Assembly (NCBI GenBank): GCA_024687185.1
Contig: JAILEX010000048.1
Coordinates: 1,266-65,265, forward strand
Source: Bacilli bacterium
Lineage (GTDB): Bacteria > Bacillota_I > Bacilli_A > RFN20 > CAG-826
Direction: 5' to 3'
Length of the DNA stretch: 64,000 nt
Part shown: positions 21,748 to 30,722 of the stretch, one piece after another
Layout: the number at the start of each line of letters is the position of its first letter
Numbering within the stretch: the first letter of the stretch is position 1
Translations under genes and position numbers: made by a program
The notes under the pieces: generated by a model
Told to the model about the DNA's origin: nothing
Databases searched by the model: none
Seen by the model: the letters and a program-made list of their open reading frames with translations, nothing else

Positions 21748-24112
21748 TGTCTTCGCCCCCCATTTCCTCGTCGCTATTCTCAAATTCCTGGCCAAGGTGG
21801 TTTTTAAGCACGTTGAACTGATGGTTCTTCACGAAGCACACCGAGCGATAGGAGCAATATTCGCATCCATCGACCTCGTTCCTTTTCTCATAGCGCTTCA
21901 AAGGATGGACCTTGAAGGCGTTATCGTGGATTAAGGTGTGCGCCTCCATTATCTTGCCTAGGGTCTTCTCCTCGATATCCTTGATTTCCGCAAGGGTGAG
22001 AAGGCCGCGCTTTTTGCCGGTTTCGTCTTCTTTCTTGGAGGGGATCTTGGTATAGGAACCCTTGCCGAGTTCGCCGAATTCGTCGATAGGCTGGATGTCG
22101 TCGAGCATGATGCCGTCTAGACGCAAATCGGTCGCGTATTTGTCGCTTCCTTCCTTCGCCCTCTGCGACTTCGAATAGATGAGTCTGGAGATATAGGCCC
22201 CCGCCAAAACCGATTTGGAATAGGTGGAGTCGCACTTTACCAAAATGGAATAGATGGGGAGCTGGATCTCTAGTCCCACATCGATGTCCTCGGGTTTGAA
22301 TTCCTTGCCATAGGTCTTATAGTCGATGAGGGAAACGAATTCATGTTCCCTACCAAAGAGGATGATCTTATCGGCCTTCCCCTTCACGTAGACCCCCGAG
22401 ATCTCGCTTCCTAGGCTTTTCTCGCAATGGACCTCGATATTCAGGATATGGGACTCCTTCTCCTTGAAGACCCCATACATATTCCTTAAGTCGATGCCAA
22501 TCACGTAAAGCAAGGCCTTTTCTTTCTCGGAGAACGGTTTTTGCTCCTCTTCCTTTTTGACCGCTTCCCCATACGCCTCATCGATATCCAAACCGGGGTT
22601 GGTATAGGCAAGATAAAGCGCGTCGTGGCAGATGTTGCCCACCTTGACGTTGAACCCGCTTTCCTCTATAGGCAAGCGAAGGACGCTACCTAGATAATAG
22701 GCGAAGGGGCATTTGAAATATTCCTCCAATCTAGAGGGGGAATAGGCACGAGGATAAAGGAAGGCCTTCTTCTTATCGCTAAGCGAGAAATCGTTTTCGT
22801 AATGGACGAATGAATCATCGTAATAGGCGTCTAGATAGGGGTTATCCCTTCCATATTGCTCCTTTTTATCCATCATGGCCTGGCCGCGGAGTTTCATATA
22901 TAGGCTGGAATATTCGATTCTAGGTTCCTCGGGGTCGATTAGTTCCATCTTGAATTCCCCTAGTAAGGGAGAGATGTGGCTAACCTCGCCATAATGGGAA
23001 TCATGGAAGCCGATCCATTCGACTTCCCTTTGGGAAAATAGGCCCTTAAGCTCTTCCTTTTCCTCCTTTATGGATTCAACTGGATCCCCTAGGCCGAGTT
23101 CCCTAAGCGAATCCAAGGAGAAATAAGCGGGGTTTCGCGGGGTTTTCGGGGTGGATTCCAAAGAGAAATCCAAATAGAAGACGTGGCTATTCTGCTTCGC
23201 GTAATTCTCTTTTAGTATCCTGACCGCGGGCTTAATGGCCTCTTCGCTTCTAGAGGTGGCCAAAAGCAAATCCCTATATAGGGCAAGCTGGGTTTTCTTG
23301 TCCAAACCGGGGATAAGATAGGTCTTCGCCAAAAGGATGATTTTCCCTAAATCGAGGTCGGCGGCGAAGCCTTCGCTTAGCCTTTCCTTTATCGCCTCTA
23401 GGTCTAGGTTATCCTCGTAAAGGGAAAGGAAGCTTCTTCCTAAGGGGGTGTTATATAGGGGGATCGAGGAAGGGAAGGCGATGGAAAAGCCATACATATT
23501 GGAGAATAGGCTTAGGCAATAATGGTAGGTGGAGGAATAATTGGCGATATAGATGTCCTCCGCGTCTACCCCGTTATATAAAAGCGAGGCGATATGGAGG
23601 CATAGGTCATGGCATTCCGCAATCAGCGAAGGGAAGTGATAAACCTTCTTTTTCTCCTTGCTAGAAGAAAAATAGCAGAGGCATGTATCCAAATTCGCCA
23701 CTCCATCTAGCGCCTTGGCGATGCGGCTAGTGGACTGGTAGCTATCGATAACGATATGCCTATGCTCGAATAGCCTACTGGGCATAAAGTCCTTATAGAG
23801 ATAGCCTAGCCCAATGAGTTCGTTGAAGGTGGGGACCAATTCGGCGAGCTTAGGATCGTTATAGTCCTTGCCCTCTATAAAATAAGAAAAGGCATTTAGG
23901 ATTTCCCTTACCGCCTCTAGCGAATAGCCTTTCTTAAGCAAGTATATCTCCGCCCTATGGTCATAGCGGTAACAGTTCCACTTGAGGAAGTTTTCCTTAT
24001 CGATGAGGGTGAAATCGGTCTCGGGGTATTCCTTTCTATATTCCAAAAGCTCACCCTGACGGGTTCTTGGCGCGATGATCAACGAATTTTCGTAGGTCTT
24101 ACGTCTTTCCAT
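21740..24112 (-). CDS. addB: Helicase/nuclease subunit B (AddB/RexB-type), short form without an obvious Walker A
   Basis: 790 aa from the ATG at 24112 (GGGAGAGG SD). C-terminal RecB-family nuclease (GKADKI...LIDYKT) and Fe-S cysteines (YFKCPFAYY ... CEYCSYRSVC). Located upstream of addA as in Bacillota. Confidence 0.8.
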   Translation of the reverse strand: MERRKTYENSLIIAPRTRQGELLEYRKEYPETDFTLIDKENFLKWNCYRYDHRAEIYLLKKGYSLEAVREILNAFSYFIEGKDYNDPKLAELVPTFNELIGLGYLYKDFMPSRLFEHRHIVIDSYQSTSRIAKALDGVANLDTCLCYFSSSKEKKKVYHFPSLIAECHDLCLHIASLLYNGVDAEDIYIANYSSTYHYCLSLFSNMYGFSIAFPSSIPLYNTPLGRSFLSLYEDNLDLEAIKERLSEGFAADLDLGKIILLAKTYLIPGLDKKTQLALYRDLLLATSRSEEAIKPAVRILKENYAKQNSHVFYLDFSLESTPKTPRNPAYFSLDSLRELGLGDPVESIKEEKEELKGLFSQREVEWIGFHDSHYGEVSHISPLLGEFKMELIDPEEPRIEYSSLYMKLRGQAMMDKKEQYGRDNPYLDAYYDDSFVHYENDFSLSDKKKAFLYPRAYSPSRLEEYFKCPFAYYLGSVLRLPIEESGFNVKVGNICHDALYLAYTNPGLDIDEAYGEAVKKEEEQKPFSEKEKALLYVIGIDLRNMYGVFKEKESHILNIEVHCEKSLGSEISGVYVKGKADKIILFGREHEFVSLIDYKTYGKEFKPEDIDVGLEIQLPIYSILVKCDSTYSKSVLAGAYISRLIYSKSQRAKEGSDKYATDLRLDGIMLDDIQPIDEFGELGKGSYTKIPSKKEDETGKKRGLLTLAEIKDIEEKTLGKIMEAHTLIHDNAFKVHPLKRYEKRNEVDGCEYCSYRSVCFVKNHQFNVLKNHLGQEFENSDEEMGGEDNG

Positions 24113-24128
24113 CGATATGTCCTCTCCC

Positions 24129-27100
24129 TTAGGACAATAAGAAGCGGATATCCTCATCGGAGAGTTTGCGGATCAAGGAATCGCCTTCTTTGATGAGGGA
24201 ATCGCTGAGGTCTTTTTTGGCCTCTTGCAATATTAACACCTTTTCCTCGATCGAGTTATGGCAAACGAGTTTGTAGACGCTGACGGGACGGGTCTGTCCG
24301 ATGCGGTAACTCCTATCGGTGGCCTGCTCTTCCGCGGCGGGGTTCCACCATGGGTCTAGGTGGATGACGATGTCGGCGCCGATAAGGTTTAGCCCCGTGC
24401 CGCCGGCCTTAAGTGAGACTAGCATCACCTTGAAATGGTCGGTGGAATTGAATTCCTCGGCCAAAAGAAGGCGTTCCTGCGCTGGGGTGGAACCGGAAAT
24501 CGTCCTGGAATCGATGTCGCATTCCCTTAACGCGAGCTCCATGTTCTCCAAAACCTTGGTGAAGCTAGAGAAGATAAGCAATTTATGCCCAGAGGCGATC
24601 GCGGTCTCGGCGAGGCTAGTGACGTATTCGAATTTGGTCGAGATCTCGGTGAAGTTATCGAAGAAAGAGCCGGGATCGACCGCGATTTCGCGTAGCTTCG
24701 TAAGGATTGGGAAGATCGATAGGCGATTCTTCTCCTCGCTTTTCTCGTTCTCCTCGATCTCCTTCCTGGCCTCAAGAAGGCTTGCCTCATAGAATTCGCT
24801 TTGGTATTCGTTCATGGCGAGGGTGATGGTCTCCACCGACTTGATGGGCAGATCCTTCAATACCTGCGACTTGCTCCTCCTCAAAATGAAGGGGGTGATC
24901 CTCTTAAGGAGTTTATCCCTGGCGGAAGAAGAATCCGCGTCGATATATTGCTGCTTGAATTCCTCGTAGCTTAAAAGGTAGCCGGGCATTAGGAAATCGA
25001 AGATCGACCATAGGTCTAGAAGCGAGTTCTCGATTGGGGTGCCGGTTAGGGCGAAGCGGATATCGCTTTTTAAGGTCTTCACGGCCTTGGCCTTTTTGGA
25101 AAGGGAATTCTTGATGAACTGGGCCTCGTCGGCGAGGACGACGCCGAAATGGACCTTGGAGAATTCCTCGATGTCGTTGCGAAGGGAATCGTAGCTTACG
25201 ACATAGATGCCCCTTTCCCTCTTCTTTATATTAGAAAGGATGCCAAGCCTAGTTTCCTTGCTGCCCGCGACGACGCAGACGGGCATATCGGGGTTCCATT
25301 TATGGACTTCGCTTTCCCAGTTATAGGTGACCGATTTGGGGCAGATGACCAAAGTCGGGCGGGAATCGCCCCTGCCAGAGAGGAAGGCGATGGCCTCTAG
25401 TGTCTTCCCTAAGCCCATATCGTCAGCGAGGATGCCGCTAAGGCCATAGCCAGACAAGACGCTCATCCACTGGATGGCCTCCTTTTGGTAGGGACGGACC
25501 ACCTCTTGGATGGCTTGGGGCAACAAGATCTTCTTCTTGGTGTAATTGCGGATCGAGTCGATGGCCTCGATGACGTAGTCGGAAAGGTTAAGGCCAACGT
25601 GGGTGATGGAGGCGCTAGCGAGCTTAAAGGCGTTATAGAAGGGCAGCTTATCGGTATAGAGCTCGTCTTTGATGCCAACTTCCCTTTGGATGAGGGCGGC
25701 CTCATGGACATAGGGGTCCTCCAAGACGATGATGTCATCCCCTAGCCTTACGTAGCGGTGCTTCTTCTTATACTGGGAGAGGATGAGCTTTAGGGTATCG
25801 TCATCGTAATGGGCGGAAGAGATCCTAAGCTCGAGCCAGTTCTGCGCGTTTTTGTTGATGACCACGTCTATCGGGCCAACGCGTTTGATGTTAAGCCTGG
25901 AGATCGCCTCGGATAGGTAGACCGAGCAGATGGAACGGAGTTCGCTTAGGTCGCCAGAGAGGAAATGGAGGATATCGCCTTCATCCCTCACCGCGCCTGA
26001 AATAACCCCGCCTAAGTGGCTTAGAATAGAGGCATAACGGTTTAGCTTCTCCCTGTAATAGAGGTTTTCGCGGAGTTTCTCCATCGTCTCCTCGTGCCCG
26101 TTTAGATGGCAGATCGTGGAGAAGAGCAAGATCCCCCTTTCGCTCATGTCGACGTAGAGGGAAATCTGCATCGAATCGGTGATCTCCCCTCCTTCTTCCA
26201 TGGGAAGCGCGTCTTCTGGGGGGACATAGGATTGGACTAGGTCCTTGATGAGGTCGGTCTCGTTGGAGCCATGGTTCCTATAGAAGAGGAAGAGGTCCGC
26301 GGAAAGCGGCTTTTTGAAGGTAAAGAGCTCGCAGACGAAATTGCTCTTATCGAAGCAAGCCAAACTTGAGCCGGATAATAGAAGCGTCGAATTGGAAGGC
26401 GGCGCGGGGAAGAAATGCAGGCTTTCGTCGGGCGAGAACCTAAACCCGGCCGCGCCGACTTTATCTAGAATAAGGTAATCCTTGCCCTCGAAGTTGACGT
26501 TTTCTCCCTTAAGCGCGAAAAGTAAGGACACCACGTCGCTTTTTACTAGTACCGAGGCCTCTTTCCTAAAGTGGATCCTAGAGAGGTAATAGTCCAATGC
26601 GGCCTTGGTGGATTCATCGAAGTTCTTCCTGCTCACATCGATCCTAAGCCCGCCGCGGATGGAATAGATGGAGCCGTTTTCATAGGCGTTTAGGAAGGAA
26701 TTGTTGCTTCTGACTAGGCCTAGCCTTTCCTTGCCATCCATTAGGACGAGCTTAAGCGAATAGGATTCCTCGCCATAGTAGTTATAGCCTTGCTCGAAGG
26801 AGAAGGAGACCTTGAGCTCGTTTTGTACCTCATAGGTGGGGGCGCTGGAGGTGATGGAAGAGTATTTCCAGTCGAATAGCGCGATGAATTCCCTTCTTAC
26901 CGAGGCGCGGCGGTCTAGTTGCCTGGGGGTAAGAGAAAGCAAAGAGACGAGTTTTTCATAGTCTTCCCCATATACTTCCTTCTGGCGGTTTTCCTCCACT
27001 AGGCGCTTTTCCCTATCATAAAGGTATAAACAGGCCCCACCATAATTGAAGGGGGGTTCATGGTAGGCGAGGGAAAGATATTCCTCGGGCACCATGATAT

Positions 27101-27308
27101 CGCCTTTGGCGTTGACCGAGACCGAGATGTAGTTATCCCCTTCCGGGTCGATGAATTCATAGATGAGGCTATCGTCGGCCTCCTCGAAATGGTAGAAGAC
27201 GAAATAGCCGCCTTCTTGGATTTCCCTTGCGAAATTGACGCAGTTGTTCCTGGCGCGGAAGGATTCGATGAGGGCTTCGGTCTTTTGGGATTCCCTGGTG
27301 AAATACAT
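24129..27308 (-). CDS. SNF2-family helicase/translocase with a ~590-aa N-terminal extension (SNF2-associated-type region)
   Basis: Motifs ILADDMGLGKTLEAIAF, LADEAQFIKN, LTGTPIEN and GGTGLNLIGADIVIHLDPWWNPAAEEQATDRSYRIGQ. I prefer the ATG at 27308 (AAGGAAGGAAAGGG upstream); the track start at 27356 lies inside the SWIM gene. Confidence 0.9.
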   Translation of the reverse strand: MYFTRESQKTEALIESFRARNNCVNFAREIQEGGYFVFYHFEEADDSLIYEFIDPEGDNYISVSVNAKGDIMVPEEYLSLAYHEPPFNYGGACLYLYDREKRLVEENRQKEVYGEDYEKLVSLLSLTPRQLDRRASVRREFIALFDWKYSSITSSAPTYEVQNELKVSFSFEQGYNYYGEESYSLKLVLMDGKERLGLVRSNNSFLNAYENGSIYSIRGGLRIDVSRKNFDESTKAALDYYLSRIHFRKEASVLVKSDVVSLLFALKGENVNFEGKDYLILDKVGAAGFRFSPDESLHFFPAPPSNSTLLLSGSSLACFDKSNFVCELFTFKKPLSADLFLFYRNHGSNETDLIKDLVQSYVPPEDALPMEEGGEITDSMQISLYVDMSERGILLFSTICHLNGHEETMEKLRENLYYREKLNRYASILSHLGGVISGAVRDEGDILHFLSGDLSELRSICSVYLSEAISRLNIKRVGPIDVVINKNAQNWLELRISSAHYDDDTLKLILSQYKKKHRYVRLGDDIIVLEDPYVHEAALIQREVGIKDELYTDKLPFYNAFKLASASITHVGLNLSDYVIEAIDSIRNYTKKKILLPQAIQEVVRPYQKEAIQWMSVLSGYGLSGILADDMGLGKTLEAIAFLSGRGDSRPTLVICPKSVTYNWESEVHKWNPDMPVCVVAGSKETRLGILSNIKKRERGIYVVSYDSLRNDIEEFSKVHFGVVLADEAQFIKNSLSKKAKAVKTLKSDIRFALTGTPIENSLLDLWSIFDFLMPGYLLSYEEFKQQYIDADSSSARDKLLKRITPFILRRSKSQVLKDLPIKSVETITLAMNEYQSEFYEASLLEARKEIEENEKSEEKNRLSIFPILTKLREIAVDPGSFFDNFTEISTKFEYVTSLAETAIASGHKLLIFSSFTKVLENMELALRECDIDSRTISGSTPAQERLLLAEEFNSTDHFKVMLVSLKAGGTGLNLIGADIVIHLDPWWNPAAEEQATDRSYRIGQTRPVSVYKLVCHNSIEEKVLILQEAKKDLSDSLIKEGDSLIRKLSDEDIRFLLS

Positions 27309-27330
27309 GTCTATTCCCTTTCCTTCCTTT

Positions 27331-28797
27331 TTATTCGCGATAAAGCTTGCAGCCAAGCTTATCGAGCAGGTTGTTCTTATAGGCTTCCACTAGTATTTTG
27401 CCCCTAAGCACGGGGTCTTCCGCGGCCACTTCCAAGACAAGGGGGTTCACGATGATCTTGCCCAGTTCGTAACGACCGAATTTGCCATAGATCCTCAATA
27501 GCGTCCTAAAGGCCTCCTGCTTCTTCTCAAGGTTACGGAGTATCTCCCTTTCCTCTTCCTTCCCGTAGTCGAGGAATTGCTGAATGATGGCGTCTTCCTC
27601 CACCTTATCCACGGCAAAGCCAAGGAGCTCGAAGGGGACGTTCCTGACGTCAAGGCTATCGTAGATGTCGCCTACTTTCCCCCTACCCTCGCAAGCCATG
27701 ATGAAATCCTTGGTTGGGCTTTCTATCTCCTCGATATGGCCTAAGAACCTCTTCTCGAAGTCATCGTCGACGGCCACGCTTTTCCAAAGGAGGTATTTCT
27801 CGCAGCTAGGCTGCAAGGAGAATTCGTCATAGAAGATCGATTCCAGCTTTTCCCTATGTTCCTCCGAGGCCATCAAGGTCGTCAAAACGGAGGGGTCCAA
27901 TAGGAAGCCATCGTAATATCTGACCGCGGTGCGGAAAAGCTCGATGGTGATGTCTAGGTTCTTCTTGGCTTCCGATGATTTGATTAGGGCCGCCATATCC
28001 TCTTCCTTTAGGTGGAAGGAAGGGCTGTTGAGGAGTTCCTCAAGCAATTCTGGATCCACGCAGGCCCAGGAGGTAAGCGGGGCGAAGCTAGAGAGATGAT
28101 GGGGCTCATGGTAGCCTTCCTTCATCCTCTTCGCGGCCGCGATCTGGAAGGGGAGGCAGCTTTCGCCCTCCTTGGTCATGATGGTCCAAAGGGCGTCGCT
28201 ATTCATATGGTCCTTCAATAGCTCGTAGTAAAGCTCGACCATCTCGTCCCTTTCGAATTCGCCTTTGCGGAGAATCTCCCTGATATAGGGGGTGAGCCTA
28301 TCGTAGTCGATCGGGTACTTGCCCCTAGAAAGGAAGGACTCGAACAACGTCTTCACGCCCTTGGCCCTACCCTCTTTGCAGGCTTTGGGAAGAAGCGAGA
28401 TGAAGACCTCCATCGCCTTGGATAGGCCTTTGTAATTGAAGCGGAAGACGGAATTCTTGATATCCTCTACGGCACTGACAAGGGCATTGCCCTTTTCTCC
28501 TTCCTCTTCCTTGCTTTCCGCATTAGATCCTAGGGCGAATTGATCGCTAATCTCATATAGGGTCGCGACCATGTGTTTGCAAAAGCCGCCCTCCCCGCAG
28601 GTGCAGGTGGCGGAGATGAGGTCATGCTCGGGGTCGAACTGCAGTTTTACCTCATAATGGCTACCGCCATAGACGGTCGCGATGGCCGAGGTTGGGGAGA
28701 GCGAGGAAAAATGGACTCTTTTCTCCTTGTAGTAGGTCCTACCCTTTTGGATGATCTTGGAGTCAAACAGCTCAAGGTTATCGAGATAATTAGACAT
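27331..28797 (-). CDS. SWIM zinc-finger protein
   Basis: N-terminal GRTYYKEKRV...VYGGSHYEVKL...CTCGEGGFCKHMVATLYEI (the CxCxnCxH SWIM motif), followed by a ~400-aa helical region. The ATG is at 28797; the TTG at 28800 in the track is one codon upstream. Confidence 0.8.
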   Translation of the reverse strand: MSNYLDNLELFDSKIIQKGRTYYKEKRVHFSSLSPTSAIATVYGGSHYEVKLQFDPEHDLISATCTCGEGGFCKHMVATLYEISDQFALGSNAESKEEEGEKGNALVSAVEDIKNSVFRFNYKGLSKAMEVFISLLPKACKEGRAKGVKTLFESFLSRGKYPIDYDRLTPYIREILRKGEFERDEMVELYYELLKDHMNSDALWTIMTKEGESCLPFQIAAAKRMKEGYHEPHHLSSFAPLTSWACVDPELLEELLNSPSFHLKEEDMAALIKSSEAKKNLDITIELFRTAVRYYDGFLLDPSVLTTLMASEEHREKLESIFYDEFSLQPSCEKYLLWKSVAVDDDFEKRFLGHIEEIESPTKDFIMACEGRGKVGDIYDSLDVRNVPFELLGFAVDKVEEDAIIQQFLDYGKEEEREILRNLEKKQEAFRTLLRIYGKFGRYELGKIIVNPLVLEVAAEDPVLRGKILVEAYKNNLLDKLGCKLYRE

Positions 28798-28971
28798 CAA
28801 TACAATATTACTTGTTTTCTTGACAAAGTAAAAAGAAAATTTGATTTTCGCGAAATCTTTTTTTGCCCATAAGGAAACACAAAAAGGGAAAAAGATGGAA
28901 AAACGTCTAATTGTTTCGATGAACGCCTAATTATTTTTCTTTTTCTAGGAAACTTGCCTAGCCACCTCCTC

Positions 28972-28993
28972 CTAGGTATCGATACTAGGTATC
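28972..28993. repeat. Direct repeat CTAGGTATC-GATA-CTAGGTATC containing the palindrome GTATCGATAC
   Basis: Read directly from the sequence, about 175 nt upstream of the SWIM gene start in a 292-bp intergenic region. Confidence 0.5.
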
Positions 28994-29044
28994 CTGACTT
29001 TTCATCGACCCTTTAAAGACAAAAAGTACAATGAAAGGGGAAAA

Positions 29045-29074
29045 GAAAAAGCCGAACCGCACAGGCGATTCGGC
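29045..29074 (-). terminator. Intrinsic terminator after glpK
   Basis: The minus strand reads GCCGAATCGCC-TGT-GCGGTTCGGC followed by TTTTTC. Confidence 0.65.
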
Positions 29075-29092
29075 AAAAAGAAGGCGCTATGT

Positions 29093-30577
29093 TTAGGCCT
29101 TGGGCTTAAAGGCCCTAGTGGCCTTGACCGCTTCTAGCCACCCGGCATAGAGGCGATCGACCTCTTCTTTCTCCATCTCGGGCCTATAGACCTTGGAGAG
29201 GCGGTGGCAAGAGGAAATCTCCTCCTTGTTCTTCCAGAAGCCGACCTGAAGCCCCGCGAAATACCCAGCGCCCAGGGCGGTGGTCTCCAGACATGCGGGT
29301 AGATGCACCTCGGCTTGGAGGATATCGGCCTGGAACTGCATCAATAAGCCGTTGTTGCTTGCCCCGCCATCGACGCGAAGGGAAGTAAGCTCAAGTCCCG
29401 CTTCCTCCTTCATCGTCTCGATGACGTCTTTGCTTTGGTAGGCGATCGAATATAGCCCAGCGCGGGTGATGTTATGCCTATCGGCGCCGCGGGTAAGTCC
29501 GAATATCGCCCCACGCGCCTCATCGTCCCACCATGGGGTTCCCAAACCGACGAAGGAGGGCACGAAATAGACGCCGGCGGTGTCTTTTCTTTTCTTTGCG
29601 TAATATTCGCTATCGACGCTATCCTCGAACCAGCGCATCTCTTCCTTTAGCCATTGCACGATCGCGCCGCCGATGAAGACGGAACCTTCCAATGCATAGG
29701 TCGTCTTGCCCTTTTCTCTCCATGCGACCGTGGTGAGGAGGCCGCGTTCGGAAAGGATCGGGGTTTCGCCGATATTCATAAGCATGAAGCAGCCGGTTCC
29801 ATAGGTGTTTTTGCTCTCGCCCTTATGGAAGCAGCATTGCCCGAATAAGGCGGCCTGCTGGTCGCCAGCGACGCCGCAGACGGGGACTTTGGACTTATAG
29901 AAGCTCGCCACGCCATAGTTATCGCTATTGTCCTTGACTTCGGGAAGCATGCACATTGGGATGTTCCAGATGTCGCAAAGCTCTTTGTCGTAATCCATCG
30001 TGAAGATATTGAATAGCATGGTCCTGCTGGCATTGGAGACGTCGGTGGCATGGACTTTGCCTAGGGTCAATTTGTAGATGATCCAGGAATCGATGGTCCC
30101 GAATAGGAGTTCGCCCCTTTCGGCCCTTTCCTGCCCGTTTTCGATCTCATCGAGGATATAGCGGATCTTGGACGCGCTGAAATAGGGGTTCATGCGCAAA
30201 CCGGTTTTGCTTCGGATGAATTCCATCTTGTTCATCCTCTGATCGCACAAAGCCTGGGTTTGCTTGGACTGCCACACTATGGCATTGGCCACGGCCTTAC
30301 CGGTCCTTTTGTCCCAGACGACGGTTGTTTCGCGCTGATTGGTGATGCCGATGGCGGCCACGTCTTCTATCGTGGCCCCGGAAAGGACCAGGACTTCGCC
30401 TATGACGTCCATGACGGAGATCCAGACCCTATCGGCGTCCACTTCCACCCAGCCGGGCTTAGGATAGAGGCAATCGACGGGGCGCTGCGCCTTATAGACG
30501 GCCTCCCCTTCGTGGTTAATCAAAATGGCACGCGTGGATGTGGTGCCCTGGTCAATGGACAGGATATATTTTTTCAT
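29093..30577 (-). CDS. glpK: Glycerol kinase
   Basis: Motifs MKKYILSIDQGTTSTR, ITNQRETTVVWD, GDQQAALFGQ and VDGGASNN. The start is taken at the ATG at 30577 rather than the track's 30613. Confidence 0.95.
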   Translation of the reverse strand: MKKYILSIDQGTTSTRAILINHEGEAVYKAQRPVDCLYPKPGWVEVDADRVWISVMDVIGEVLVLSGATIEDVAAIGITNQRETTVVWDKRTGKAVANAIVWQSKQTQALCDQRMNKMEFIRSKTGLRMNPYFSASKIRYILDEIENGQERAERGELLFGTIDSWIIYKLTLGKVHATDVSNASRTMLFNIFTMDYDKELCDIWNIPMCMLPEVKDNSDNYGVASFYKSKVPVCGVAGDQQAALFGQCCFHKGESKNTYGTGCFMLMNIGETPILSERGLLTTVAWREKGKTTYALEGSVFIGGAIVQWLKEEMRWFEDSVDSEYYAKKRKDTAGVYFVPSFVGLGTPWWDDEARGAIFGLTRGADRHNITRAGLYSIAYQSKDVIETMKEEAGLELTSLRVDGGASNNGLLMQFQADILQAEVHLPACLETTALGAGYFAGLQVGFWKNKEEISSCHRLSKVYRPEMEKEEVDRLYAGWLEAVKATRAFKPKA

Positions 30578-30666
30578 ACTAACTATTAAGGAAGAATCGC
30601 CTCGAAAAATCAAGCCTTATTTAATTAAGTAGTTTAATCAATATAGGTTTTGCTGTGGGTAGGCAT

Positions 30667-30703
30667 AGGAAAAGGGCCAATAGGCTACCAACCCAATGGC
30701 CCT
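30667..30703 (-). terminator. Possible intrinsic terminator after the Xaa-Pro peptidase gene
   Basis: The minus strand reads AGGGCCA-(loop)-TGGCCCT followed by TTTTCC. The T-run is short. Confidence 0.4.
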
Positions 30704-30722
30704 TGCTCGTTAAGTCGCTACC

